Origin: a virus
Taxonomy: Duplodnaviria; Caudoviricetes
DNA length: 64,000 bases
Strand: one strand, 5' to 3'
Virus record (IMG/VR): IMGVR_UViG_3300023053_000001
Location: 128,001-192,000 of that record
A program made the position numbers and the translations under genes. Below the pieces are notes generated by a model. That model was not told where the DNA came from and made no database searches. It saw only the letters and a list, made by a program, of their open reading frames with translations. Below, piece after piece: positions 27,772 to 37,464 of this stretch (its first letter is position 1; every line of letters starts with the position of its first letter).

Positions 27772-28371
27772 ATGCCTTTCCTCGGTATTTTCACCGCACT
27801 GGTAAGGCTCTTCTGGCCCTTCATCAAAGAGTCTCTGCTCAAAGATGGAACGCTGAAGGACTTCATCAGTAAGAATCGAACCACGTGCATTTGGCTGGCA
27901 ATGATGCTGGTCATGCTCTTGGGTCAGGGCTACCTGTTTCACGAAGCACACTCCGCGCGCATCATCACTGCCCGCACAGTGACGCAGATGAATCAGATGA
28001 CGGTCAACCACACCTTGCTCCGTCAGCAGTACACCATGTTGGAAACCGACCGTAATGCGTACCGGGACAAGGTCAAAGACCTGCAGAACCAGTATGACTT
28101 GCTTGAGGCCACGCATGGCGAGATGTCGGCTGATAACGAACGCTACGAACGCATCCTGCGTGCCTGTGGCGTGGATTTGAAGTTCGAAGGTACTACCCCG
28201 CCCCAATGTCGAGCCCGCGCTGCACCAGCGCGTCCGAAGCCTGCCCGGCCCCGTCCGGTCAGCCCACCCATCACTGAAATCCCGGAACACCAACCGGAGC
28301 CTGCCAAGAAGCCTTCCGCTTGGGAGCGACTCAAGGGCATTTTCAGCCGCAAGGATAAGGACGGCGAATGA
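27772..28371 (+). CDS. Putative inner-membrane spanin (Rz-like)
   Basis: N-terminal hydrophobic segments, a long coiled coil, two Cys and a Pro-rich tail; ATGA overlap with a lipoprotein gene. Confidence 0.65.
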   Translation: MPFLGIFTALVRLFWPFIKESLLKDGTLKDFISKNRTTCIWLAMMLVMLLGQGYLFHEAHSARIITARTVTQMNQMTVNHTLLRQQYTMLETDRNAYRDKVKDLQNQYDLLEATHGEMSADNERYERILRACGVDLKFEGTTPPQCRARAAPARPKPARPRPVSPPITEIPEHQPEPAKKPSAWERLKGIFSRKDKDGE

Positions 28372-28703
28372 AATCCACCGCCAGTGCCTCATTGCTCGTT
28401 GCCATCCTCCTGTTGACCGGGTGTGTTGGGTACTTCCATATCGGAGGTTCCAGCACCCGGCCCAACAAGGTGGAGATTCGCTACGGGCAATCCCCCGCAC
28501 CCGTGTCTCGCTGTCCACCCTACCAGCCTCCGGCTGATAAGGAATGGCCGGCCTACCCGCAGTTTGTTGGGACCGAGTCCGATGATGAGATCATCGATGC
28601 TCTGGGCCATGAACTGGTTGCCCTTCATCAACGTCATCGTGACTACGTGCAGGATAACCAGAAGAAGTATCAAGAGTACGTCCAGCGTTGCATGTCACAG
28701 TAA
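28368..28703 (+). CDS. Putative outer-membrane spanin lipoprotein (Rz1-like)
   Basis: Signal peptide with lipobox LLTGC, Pro-rich segment, additional Cys residues. Confidence 0.7.
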   Translation: MKSTASASLLVAILLLTGCVGYFHIGGSSTRPNKVEIRYGQSPAPVSRCPPYQPPADKEWPAYPQFVGTESDDEIIDALGHELVALHQRHRDYVQDNQKKYQEYVQRCMSQ

Positions 28704-28751
28704 TTCTCGATCGCTGGGCGAAATCATACAGTCCTGTACCATGGAATATTC

Positions 28752-30305
28752 ATGTCCACCGAAGCCAAGCCCGCCCTGAATGCGGTATTTTACACCGACG
28801 GCGGCTACCGCCAGACCGTCCAATTGGGCGGCTGGGCCCTGCACGGTTACACCTACACCGATGAAGTGCCCAAGACGGGTACTGGCCACAAGACGGCGTA
28901 CCTGACCCGTAAGGGTTACCTGACCAACACCGAAGTGCATGAAAAGAAGATCCCTGAAGAGGAGATCGCCAAGCACACCGACATCGTGGTCCAGGAATAC
29001 GTCAGCTCCTTCGGTAGCCTGCTGCCGCCGGTCACCAACAACACGGCCGAACTGCATGCCTTCACCAAGGCACTGGAGTTCACGATCGAGAAGAAGATCG
29101 AGAACGTGATGTTGCGCATCGACAGCAAGTACGTGATGGACAACTATCGCGACCAGATGGACAAGTGGCGTGCCAACAACTGGCTGAAGGCCGATGGCCA
29201 ACCGCCGGCGAACGTGGATATGTGGAAGCGCGCTGCGGAACTGAAAGCACAGCTGCGCGAAGCCGGTATCAAGATCGACATGCTCTGGGTCAAGGGGCAT
29301 TCGGGTGAGTTCGGCAATGACATGGTGGATAAGTATTGCACCCGTTCCATGTTGGCTGCGGCCAACGGTACGCCGGTGGAATACCATCAGGTCTCCAGCG
29401 CCAAGGGCTTCTGGTCGCGCAAGACCGATCGCTCGCGCATGGTGCATCTGCCCCACTGGTACTTCCATGCCCTCAACCGTGACGGGTACAAAACCCCGGA
29501 CGGTCGCACCATCTACTACACCGGTTTCTCCGGCAAGGGTGGCGCGAAGAAGGATGGCGATGACAAGAAGGAAGTCGATCCGCTGGAACTGTTCGGTAAG
29601 CGCGTGTCTGACGCTCGCTTCTCCGTGGCATACCTGCGCGAAGGCGACCCGGTCATGGAGTGCCTGCGTGAGACCTGCATCGAGATGGCCGAAGGTCGTT
29701 ACTTGGGTTTGATGGTGGGAGAGCTGCGTAACATCCTGTCTTCTACCCATTATCTGGAGATCGAAGAATTCGGTGCCAAGTTGCTCAAGCGCGATCATGC
29801 GCGCCTGCGACTGAGTAACGTCGTCTCCGCCGGTGAGGAGGTTTTGCTGACCCGTGAGATTCGACCGGCACGCCTTGCGTACTCGGCGATCGACACGCTC
29901 AATGCACTCGAGCGCGTACTGGCGGCACATGTGGAAAAGCCCAATCAAGGTGCTATGCGCAGCACTGAGATTACGGACATACTTTATGAGACTGACGGTA
30001 GCAAGAAGAAAAGCGCTGTCAAGCTCAAAAGCCACATCTCCTCTACCCTACGGTCGTTGGATGTGAAAGCCGGGTATGCCGTACGTGCTGAAGATCACGC
30101 AGAATTCACACTCAAACTGACACTGGGTTTGGACCTGCCGGATCGAAACACGTTGGCTGCGCTGGCTAGCGAGGGGGTGCGGGCTTGGGTTGTGACTTGG
30201 CCCGAATCCGCAGAAGCTATTCGCTATGCAACCATTGTCGACTCGGACGGAGATATTGGACTGTGGTGTGCTGCCTACTCCAATCTCCAACTGATCAAGC
30301 CCTAG
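28752..30305 (+). CDS. rnhA: Ribonuclease HI with long C-terminal extension
   Basis: FYTDGG, TNNTAELHA, IDSKYV, WVKGHSG..GNDMVD motifs. Confidence 0.9.
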   Translation: MSTEAKPALNAVFYTDGGYRQTVQLGGWALHGYTYTDEVPKTGTGHKTAYLTRKGYLTNTEVHEKKIPEEEIAKHTDIVVQEYVSSFGSLLPPVTNNTAELHAFTKALEFTIEKKIENVMLRIDSKYVMDNYRDQMDKWRANNWLKADGQPPANVDMWKRAAELKAQLREAGIKIDMLWVKGHSGEFGNDMVDKYCTRSMLAAANGTPVEYHQVSSAKGFWSRKTDRSRMVHLPHWYFHALNRDGYKTPDGRTIYYTGFSGKGGAKKDGDDKKEVDPLELFGKRVSDARFSVAYLREGDPVMECLRETCIEMAEGRYLGLMVGELRNILSSTHYLEIEEFGAKLLKRDHARLRLSNVVSAGEEVLLTREIRPARLAYSAIDTLNALERVLAAHVEKPNQGAMRSTEITDILYETDGSKKKSAVKLKSHISSTLRSLDVKAGYAVRAEDHAEFTLKLTLGLDLPDRNTLAALASEGVRAWVVTWPESAEAIRYATIVDSDGDIGLWCAAYSNLQLIKP

Positions 30306-30367
30306 CTTGATTGGTCTCAACGTACCCAGGGGAGCCGGTGCTCCCCGACATCCTTAGAGGTGTTTTC

Positions 30368-30859
30368 ATGAATGTGTCGTTGAAGCAGCAAGAGTCGGTG
30401 GCGGAGCGTGACTCGTTTGTCGATAACATGCGACAGAAGCTGTCTGCGTTGCGCGATCGAACCATTCTGTTTCTCTTGTCTCGCATGACCAACACGCATG
30501 CGAAGCGCATCCTGTTTCTTACATCGCTGTACTGTCGAGTAGTCAGGCTCGAACATCTGCGCGATGACACCATCGATCAGCTCAATGGACTGCTGGCTCT
30601 GGCCAAGCGGAAAGAAGCACTGCGCCTTCCGGCAGCGGTACAAGGGATTGTCTGGACTGATGAACTCAGCTCCCAGGTGCGGGCAGAACTGCACCAGAGC
30701 GAGTTCGACGAAACCAAGGCGGTGGAGTTGGCCCGTCGAGTAATTGACGGATCGAAATCGTGGATGCTCTATGGTAAGAGCGGTGAGATGGAACAGGACA
30801 TCATCACGATGTTCCGCGACATTCACGACGAAAGTCTCCGCGTACCGGCTATGGCATAA
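30368..30859 (+). CDS. Hypothetical protein
   Basis: ATG after an AGAGG RBS; ORF ends before a stem-loop element. Confidence 0.65.
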   Translation: MNVSLKQQESVAERDSFVDNMRQKLSALRDRTILFLLSRMTNTHAKRILFLTSLYCRVVRLEHLRDDTIDQLNGLLALAKRKEALRLPAAVQGIVWTDELSSQVRAELHQSEFDETKAVELARRVIDGSKSWMLYGKSGEMEQDIITMFRDIHDESLRVPAMA

Positions 30860-30871
30860 TGCCACTAGCGT

Positions 30872-30914
30872 CATAAGCCCCTCCTGCCCCGTGTGGGGCA
30901 GGAGGGGCGCTATG
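30872..30914. terminator. CATA-stem-loop-TATG element 4
   Basis: CATAAGCCCCTCCTGCCCC..GGGGCAGGAGGGGCGCTATG between convergent genes. Confidence 0.7.
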
Positions 30915-30917
30915 CCG

Positions 30918-31796
30918 TTACTTGGCCTTGTTCATGGTGATGAACGTATTGATCGCCTTCTGAGTCTCGGTGATCGAGTTGCTCAGTTCGGTGATGCGAT
31001 ACCGCAGCAGGCCGTAGTGTTCCAGCTCACGGGCCAGCTGGAAGGTGATGTCCGACAGGTTCTTCACCGCCGCCGGGCTGGCGATGTCCGGATTGCCGTG
31101 GACCATGGTGACCAGCTCGCCCATCATCATGGTGATGCGTTCGGTCAGCTTGACGATGCGCTTCTGCCCATCCAGACCGAAGGCCCGCTCCAACTTCTCC
31201 AGTTCCTTGACCAGATCGTAGATGTCCTGGTTGCGGTGGAAGGCCTTGCCGTACTTGACCAGGCTCTCGCGACGACCGCTGTGGGTGAAGCTGTCCTGGA
31301 TCTTCTTTTCCACGGCCTTGGTGTCGTGCAGACGGAAGCCGGGGATCTGCAGGTTCTGGCTCAGGTTGCGCAGGTTCTCCGGCGCGCCCAGCATCGTGCC
31401 CAGCCACGTTTCGAACGGCGCGAGCACTTCGGACTCCAGCTTGTCAGCCAGATCGCCGGACTGGTTCAGCACACGCACGTAGGCCAGCAGGTCGGTGGCC
31501 AGGCCCTCGGGAACCAGCACATCGATGTTGCGGATGTCGGCGTAGTTGATGTGCGTCAACTTGTCGGCCGTGTCGCGCAGGTCCTTGGTCTTGAAGTAGA
31601 ACGTGCCGGGGTTACCCATGAACTTCGCATAGAAGGTCTGGGCACTGCCGAACAGGGCTGGCAGGCGAGCCACGGCAGCACGCAGGGAGTCGGCGCCAGC
31701 GAAAGATTCCACAGCGATGATGTCACGCTGGGTCTGCAGCGCTTCCATCGACTGGGAGGCATCGGCAGGGAGTTGGATATGGTACATGGCAAACAC
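30918..31796 (-). CDS. Putative inner-head virion protein with a protease-processed propeptide
   Basis: N-terminal S-M-E and A-V-E motifs resemble gp175 protease sites; helical, strongly codon-biased. Confidence 0.55.
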   Translation of the reverse strand: MFAMYHIQLPADASQSMEALQTQRDIIAVESFAGADSLRAAVARLPALFGSAQTFYAKFMGNPGTFYFKTKDLRDTADKLTHINYADIRNIDVLVPEGLATDLLAYVRVLNQSGDLADKLESEVLAPFETWLGTMLGAPENLRNLSQNLQIPGFRLHDTKAVEKKIQDSFTHSGRRESLVKYGKAFHRNQDIYDLVKELEKLERAFGLDGQKRIVKLTERITMMMGELVTMVHGNPDIASPAAVKNLSDITFQLARELEHYGLLRYRITELSNSITETQKAINTFITMNKAK

Positions 31797-31906
31797 CTTT
31801 GGTAGATGGAAATCGGCAGACCGTAGTCTTCATACAGTTACGCTAAAAAATCACGTAGGCAGGCTATTCTATAGCACATCCTTTCGCAACACTCCAAGGC
31901 CCATCC

Positions 31907-33394
31907 ATGTCAGCAGCCATTGACCTTTTCGCAGATTTCGAACCGTCCCCGGAGATTCGCCCCATCATGAATGTGGGTGCCGGTCTGGACGTTCCCACCG
32001 GTACGCTGGTGTGGGGTGAGCGGGGCGAGACCTACATCAACGGCGGTTTGCCGTACGTGTCCGGCGTTGTGGGCCGTGGCAACATGTTCAAGTCGGTGTT
32101 CAGCCTGTACTTCGTTCTGTCGGCGCTGAACCGCTACCGTCGTGCCAAGGCACTGGAGTACGACACCGAAACCTCGGCCACCATGGGCCGTATCCACATG
32201 CTCAGCAAGCATATGGAAAACCTCGCTGGCGTCCATCTGGATGCCGCTGGCCGCTTCCGCCTGACCGACAACACCGTCATGTACGGTGATGAGTTCTGGG
32301 TGCTGGCCAAGAAGATGTGTCAGGTCAAGCTGGACAACGCCAAGGCCTTCACCTGCACGGCGCCGTTCCGTACCGAGAAGAAAGAGATCATTCAGATTCT
32401 CGATCCGACCATCAACTTCGTCGACTCCTTCTCGATGTTCTCGACCAAGGCGGTCAACGACATCTACGAGAAGAACAAGCTCGGTGATGGCGCGGCCAAT
32501 ACCGACGCGCTGCGTTCGGCGGCGCACAAGACCCAGATGCTCATGCAGGTGCCGACCCTCACCGGTCAGGCAGCGATGTACCTGATGATGACCGCACACG
32601 TGGGCAAGCAGCATCAGCTGGATGCGTACGCACCGGTGGAAAAGAAGCTGGCGTTCCTGAAGAACGCTTCGCTGAAGAACGTGCCCGAGAAGTTCACGTT
32701 CCTCACCAACAACCTGTGGTACGTGTACAACTCCTCGGTGCTGGCCAACAAGTCCACCAAGGCGCCGGAATATCCGCGTTCGTCGGCCGACGACATGGAA
32801 GGCGATACCGACCTGATGGTCATCCTCGTGCAGAACCTGCGCGGCAAGAACGGTCCGACCGGCCTGCCGTTCGAAGTAGTGCTCAGTCAGCGCGAAGGCG
32901 TGCTCGCCTCGCTGACCGAATTCCACATGATCAAATCCAACGAGCGCTTCGGCCTGGGCGGTAATGATCGCAACTACTTCCTGGAACTGCTGCCGGACGT
33001 CAGCCTGTCGCGCACCACCGTGCGTGCCAAGATCGACGAGAACTACAAGCTGCGTCGTGCGCTGGAAATCACCTCGCAGATGTTGCAGATGCGTCAGCTG
33101 TGGCAGGACCCGGAAGGTGTGTTCTGCACCCCGAAGGAACTGTTCAACGATCTGAAGGCAATGGGCTACGACTGGGACGTGCTCCTGGGCGAAACCCGCG
33201 GCCACTGGGTCTTCAAGGAAGATGAGCCGTTCGAAGAGAAGCTGGCGCTGTCGACCTACGACCTGATGCGTATGCGTAAGGGCTTGTACCATCCGTTCTG
33301 GATGCCGGCGCTGTCGGACAAGGACGCGATGGAAAAGTTCAAGGCCGCGCGTGCGCCGATCAATCCGGCCGATCTGATGAAGATCGCCGCGTAA
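31907..33394 (+). CDS. uvsX: UvsX/RecA-like recombinase (phiKZ-type)
   Basis: LDVPTG, Walker A-like GRGNMFKS, YDTE, Walker B-like FVDSFS, MTAHVG motifs. Confidence 0.8.
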   Translation: MSAAIDLFADFEPSPEIRPIMNVGAGLDVPTGTLVWGERGETYINGGLPYVSGVVGRGNMFKSVFSLYFVLSALNRYRRAKALEYDTETSATMGRIHMLSKHMENLAGVHLDAAGRFRLTDNTVMYGDEFWVLAKKMCQVKLDNAKAFTCTAPFRTEKKEIIQILDPTINFVDSFSMFSTKAVNDIYEKNKLGDGAANTDALRSAAHKTQMLMQVPTLTGQAAMYLMMTAHVGKQHQLDAYAPVEKKLAFLKNASLKNVPEKFTFLTNNLWYVYNSSVLANKSTKAPEYPRSSADDMEGDTDLMVILVQNLRGKNGPTGLPFEVVLSQREGVLASLTEFHMIKSNERFGLGGNDRNYFLELLPDVSLSRTTVRAKIDENYKLRRALEITSQMLQMRQLWQDPEGVFCTPKELFNDLKAMGYDWDVLLGETRGHWVFKEDEPFEEKLALSTYDLMRMRKGLYHPFWMPALSDKDAMEKFKAARAPINPADLMKIAA

Positions 33395-33400
33395 CCTGTA

Positions 33401-33442
33401 GTGCCGGGAGGCGGCACAGCTTCGGCTGGACCTCCCGGCATT
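33401..33442 (+). other. Extended RNA hairpin with UUCG tetraloop between uvsX and the tRNA
   Basis: TGCCGGGAGG...CAGC-TTCG-GCTG..CCTCCCGGCA. Confidence 0.6.
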
Positions 33443-33454
33443 GCTGGATTTAAA

Positions 33455-33539
33455 CCGGAAGTGGTGGAATTGGTAGTCACAGCAGACTCAAAATCTGCCG
33501 GGTAAAACCGTGAGGGTTCGAGTCCCTCCTTCCGGACCA
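33455..33539 (+). tRNA. trnL: tRNA-Leu(CAA)
   Basis: Acceptor CCGGAAG/CTTCCGG, discriminator A, encoded CCA, anticodon arm GCAGA-CTCAAAA-TCTGC, long variable arm, T arm GAGGG-TTCGAGT-CCCTC. Confidence 0.93.
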
Positions 33540-33616
33540 TTAAGATTCACCGCAAAGTACGGTGATGACGTAACAGCATTTCAGAAGGCCCCTTCCCACT
33601 GTCCTTCAATACCCGT

Positions 33617-33967
33617 ATGGGTAGTATCATGAACCATCAACACACCTCCCCTTTCTTGGTTAGCTGTGCCGTACGCACCATGCTCGCCATCCGTAATCCT
33701 GCTGCAGCTGAGCGCTTCCATGCGCTATACGCAGATAACGGTGATCCGTCAGTCCCCAACCAGTTGCGGACGATGAATCACTGGCTCTGCTACCAGCTGG
33801 CCACTTTGCCTCATTGCACGATGCAGTGGCGCACGGCGCTGATGTACGAGACCGAGTTTGACAGTTGGGTGGCCATGGTCAGTAATCTGATCATTCCCCA
33901 TCTGGTTGCGCACAACCTGCCAGTCGACCTCACCATGCAAACGCACGCATGTACACTGACAATCTAG
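33617..33967 (+). CDS. Hypothetical protein
   Basis: 116-aa ORF after the tRNA with weaker codon bias. Confidence 0.55.
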   Translation: MGSIMNHQHTSPFLVSCAVRTMLAIRNPAAAERFHALYADNGDPSVPNQLRTMNHWLCYQLATLPHCTMQWRTALMYETEFDSWVAMVSNLIIPHLVAHNLPVDLTMQTHACTLTI

Positions 33968-34049
33968 ACTTTTGAAACCGACGTCTTTCGGGACGTCGGT
34001 TATGTCTGTCTCTATTGTTTGACAGACTTTTAGCCTCAAGGATTCCCTC

Positions 34050-34715
34050 ATGAATCGTGCCGTTGCTACCGCACTGGCGGTCAAGCTCATTGACATGCCC
34101 ATCCCCGGTTCACCCAATGCTGCGACGTTGAAAGAGCAGCTCGATGCGCTCTCCGACGCAGACTTTGCCAATTACATGCGGGGCCTTCGCGATCGTACCG
34201 TGGTCCTGCCACTGACGGTCAGTAACATGGACCCGAAGTATTCGCTGGATCAGCAGCGCAATCTGGACAACTGCAAGAAGATCGGCTGCAAGATCTTCCA
34301 GCGGTTGATCAAGACCGATCCGACCACCGGCATGACCTTCCTCACCAATGAGGAGTATCTGATCGGCTGGGCTCCGCTACGTCGACAGCAGCAGATGCTG
34401 CTCAAGAAGATCTCCATTCCCGACAGCAACCTGCACGTGGATGAACTGACCGGTCAGCCGGCCGGTCCGTCCAAGGGTTCCAAGCTGTCCTTCCCGGAAA
34501 TCCAAGGCCTGTTCGCCCAGGGACAAGATCGCTCCATCGAAGAGCTGATCAAGTTCCGTGGCGGTGACGCCAAAGCGTACCGTGCCATGTCGCGCTCCAT
34601 TCTCGAAACTGGCCGCGCCAGTCAGGATGCGATCAAGGTCAACCCGACCCGCGTCAAGGCCAACGAGTCGCTGGAAATCCTCCTCAAGACCATGCACCTG
34701 GATACGAAGCTATGA
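34050..34715 (+). CDS. rpoB: Virion RNA polymerase beta subunit, C-terminal fragment (phiKZ gp149-like)
   Basis: LRRQQQML.KKISIP..TGQP..SKGSKLSFPEIQGL..EELIKFRGGD parallels the RpoB C-terminus (TQQP..K...GEME..L..KSDD). Confidence 0.75.
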   Translation: MNRAVATALAVKLIDMPIPGSPNAATLKEQLDALSDADFANYMRGLRDRTVVLPLTVSNMDPKYSLDQQRNLDNCKKIGCKIFQRLIKTDPTTGMTFLTNEEYLIGWAPLRRQQQMLLKKISIPDSNLHVDELTGQPAGPSKGSKLSFPEIQGLFAQGQDRSIEELIKFRGGDAKAYRAMSRSILETGRASQDAIKVNPTRVKANESLEILLKTMHLDTKL

Positions 34716-35347
34716 GTGACTCCGCGCCCCGCAATCCCACGCTGCAACCTTCCCGTGGTAGCGGTATTCAGAAAGAACCCAAGGCAGGCGCTGCCCCGCC
34801 GGCGGCGGCTTTCGAACGTCCGCTGGAAAATGGCGTGGATGTCCCCAGCCTCATTCTGGATATGGTCGCCTACCAGACCGCCAACTGCGCTGGCCATCGC
34901 TTCACCCGCGAGGTGCATCCTGATGAGCTGCGCATGATCGGCAATCTGCTCTCCACCGTGCGCTGGCTGTACATCAGTAACGAGGAGACGGCCAAGTCGG
35001 TGTGGGATGACAACATCAAGACCAATGCGGTCCTGTTGGAATACGTCCTGCGCCTGACCCAGAACGTGAGCTTCTACCTGCATGGCTGGAACGTACTGGA
35101 TACGGCCATCGAGCTGATGTCCACGGTCCTGGCCAAGCCGCCCACGCCGATCTACGACCAAGCGCTGGCTGCGCGCCTGAGCGACATCGACTCGGTGCGC
35201 AGGCTGCTGCAGCAGAACCCGTGGCTGCTGGCCCTGCAACTGGCTGCACTGTCCGATGGTACAGCAGCGCTGGGCCGTGTGGCTGATCCGCGTCAGGCTG
35301 AAGTGTTGGCCATGCAGCGACCCACTGAGTCGGAGAAGCCCGCATGA
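34712..35347 (+). CDS. Hypothetical protein
   Basis: ATGA-coupled ORF within an operon. Confidence 0.7.
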   Translation: MSDSAPRNPTLQPSRGSGIQKEPKAGAAPPAAAFERPLENGVDVPSLILDMVAYQTANCAGHRFTREVHPDELRMIGNLLSTVRWLYISNEETAKSVWDDNIKTNAVLLEYVLRLTQNVSFYLHGWNVLDTAIELMSTVLAKPPTPIYDQALAARLSDIDSVRRLLQQNPWLLALQLAALSDGTAALGRVADPRQAEVLAMQRPTESEKPA

Positions 35348-36183
35348 TTCAGTCCGAGCTGCTGTACATCTACGTGGATCTGGATGCGCTGCTCGATACG
35401 CGACTGACCACCATCTTGCAGCACTGGCCGGAAGCAGCTGCCAGGCTGGTGGCTGACGATGCGTACTACCTGCGTGAGATGGATGAGTGGCTCGAACACG
35501 GTATCAGTAAGGAAGACTTCCGCCGTGCTTACGATCGTCGCGACATCAACGTGCTGCGCGGTGCCATCGTTACGCCCAATGCCATGCGTCTGAATGAGAT
35601 CATCTCCCATCTGGAGGTGCAAAACAGCACGACGCCGGGCGCCGGCAAGCCGGTGGTGGAACTGAACATCTGGCCGTACAAGCTCGATGATGCCCAGCGC
35701 ACAGCCTACATCAATGCGGTCATGAACTTCACGGGTGTGGAAACGCTGGTGACCATCATCAATCGTCCGCCGCAGTTGGTGACGATGAGCGATGCACGTC
35801 ACAAGTACGCAGGGCTGTTCATGTACGACTTTGCCTACTGGGCGCGTCTGCACACCAAGGCCATGTCCACGGTGATCGCACCGTCCACCACCTTCTACGC
35901 TCCGACGATCTTCTTGGACAAACCCATGTCCCCGGATGATCTGAAGGCCCATGGCCTGCGGGGCGATGTGAACCCGGTGGTGTTGGTGGAGATGGGCTTT
36001 GCTGAGAAGCTGGCCTTGGACATGCTTCCGACCTTCTTCTTCTGCCCGGTTCGCCCGGAGCGTGCGGAGGAATGGATGAAGATGTTCTACGAAAAGCGTC
36101 GTCCTGACGGGGGCCATCCGGCCTCGCAGGAAGAAGATGCCCGCCGTGCTGAACTGGCCAAACAGGCCGAGGAAAAGAAGTGA
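35344..36183 (+). CDS. Conserved hypothetical protein with a HAD-like N-terminal DxD motif
   Basis: IYVDLDALLDTRL at the N-terminus; ATGA-coupled. Confidence 0.65.
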   Translation: MIQSELLYIYVDLDALLDTRLTTILQHWPEAAARLVADDAYYLREMDEWLEHGISKEDFRRAYDRRDINVLRGAIVTPNAMRLNEIISHLEVQNSTTPGAGKPVVELNIWPYKLDDAQRTAYINAVMNFTGVETLVTIINRPPQLVTMSDARHKYAGLFMYDFAYWARLHTKAMSTVIAPSTTFYAPTIFLDKPMSPDDLKAHGLRGDVNPVVLVEMGFAEKLALDMLPTFFFCPVRPERAEEWMKMFYEKRRPDGGHPASQEEDARRAELAKQAEEKK

Positions 36184-36184
36184 G

Positions 36185-36223
36185 CATACAGCCCCTGCCC
36201 CGTCAAAGGGCAGGGGCTGTATA
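36185..36223. terminator. CATA-stem-loop element 5 (ends TATA rather than TATG)
   Basis: CATACAGCCCCTGCCCC-GTCAAA-GGGGCAGGGGCTGTAT followed by ATTTTT. Confidence 0.7.
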
Positions 36224-36266
36224 TTTTTGCTCTTTATACCGATTCTATACAGTAGAAAGTTACTTC

Positions 36267-36830
36267 CTACAGTTCCTCGCCTTCGCCATCGCCCAGGTCG
36301 GGTGCAAAGCGCACTTCCTCGTTGCCCAGGCTGCGTTCCACCGCCTCACGTTCGGCCATCTTATTGGCTTCGATGATGGGAGCCATGCGTGCATGGAAGT
36401 TGTCGTAGCGCTCCATCGCCAGTCCCTGCTCCTTGGCCGTTTCCGGGAAGGGGTTGACAGCCGGATCGTGTTCCAACGAGGGGATGTCACGCGCCGCCGG
36501 CTTGGGCTGACCGTCTTCGGGACGAACCTCAAAGGGCGACACGCCACGGGTCTGCGCCTGAATGCCGGCAATGATGAGCGCCGCCTTGCGGTCTTCGTTA
36601 CCAACCTTCTCGATCACGCCCAGCTTCTTCTTGGCCATGGCCGTCTTGGACATGTGGTCCAATGTGGTCAGCAGCAAGTAGCCGTCTTTGACGTCTGTGG
36701 GGATCGTGGTACCGTGCTCGGTCATCTGTTTGATGATAGAGCGACGCACGTCTTGGGTGAAATCGACGACGCTATCGTCGTCGGCCACGTCTACTTGGAC
36801 GTTGAGCAGGTGTTTCATAGCGTCAGTCAT
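36267..36830 (-). CDS. Hypothetical protein with acidic C-terminus
   Basis: Likely start MTDAMKH at 36830; phage-like codon usage. Confidence 0.65.
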   Translation of the reverse strand: MTDAMKHLLNVQVDVADDDSVVDFTQDVRRSIIKQMTEHGTTIPTDVKDGYLLLTTLDHMSKTAMAKKKLGVIEKVGNEDRKAALIIAGIQAQTRGVSPFEVRPEDGQPKPAARDIPSLEHDPAVNPFPETAKEQGLAMERYDNFHARMAPIIEANKMAEREAVERSLGNEEVRFAPDLGDGEGEEL

Positions 36831-36892
36831 AAGGCACCATTGAAAAAATGTACAATCACATATCATAGAAAGGTAAGCAATAAAGGTACATC

Positions 36893-37450
36893 ATGTCCAT
36901 CTTGTCCCGCATTACCCAACCTTTCCGATCCATCTTCAATGGCGTCCAGCAGAGTCAACAAAAATCACGTGGACGGCAGTTCATTGAAGAGCTTGAAGCA
37001 GTCGATCAGAGTACACCTGAAACGCTGTTGACGGTGCTAACCGAGTGGCAAAACGAAATCACCTTCCAGCGCTACAATCCGCGTACGGCCGAACTCACGC
37101 CGTATAACGGAACCTTCCCTCGCCTCGATGATCTGCACGGTGCATTGCTCCGGGCTTATAACGCGATGATGAGTGATCGAGGACTGGTGCTGGAAGACAT
37201 CAAGATTCGCACGGATCGCGAGTTCACCCTGGACTACTTCCTGTCCACCGAGGACAATTTCAGTATCGACCCTGGCCAGGCCTTTGAAGACATCTACAAG
37301 GTCATGGTCGACAACGAAATGTTGCTCACGCGGATGGATGCGGATTACCGCCGCGAGCATTACGTCCTCAAATACCAAGCCATGCGACGTGACGGCTTGG
37401 TCGTCTTGGAACTACTGGCCCGACTGAGCGATGTTGCGATTCGGGCCTAA
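36893..37450 (+). CDS. Hypothetical protein
   Basis: ATG after AAGGT; 185 aa. Confidence 0.7.
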   Translation: MSILSRITQPFRSIFNGVQQSQQKSRGRQFIEELEAVDQSTPETLLTVLTEWQNEITFQRYNPRTAELTPYNGTFPRLDDLHGALLRAYNAMMSDRGLVLEDIKIRTDREFTLDYFLSTEDNFSIDPGQAFEDIYKVMVDNEMLLTRMDADYRREHYVLKYQAMRRDGLVVLELLARLSDVAIRA

Positions 37451-37464
37451 GGTGCGGAGTACAC

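Noticed and set aside
20561-33292. Other long opposite-strand ORFs (20561..22591, 22327..23922, 24979..27177, 28695..30035, 31910..33292)
   Set aside because: Each mirrors a better-supported gene with RBS, motifs and codon bias
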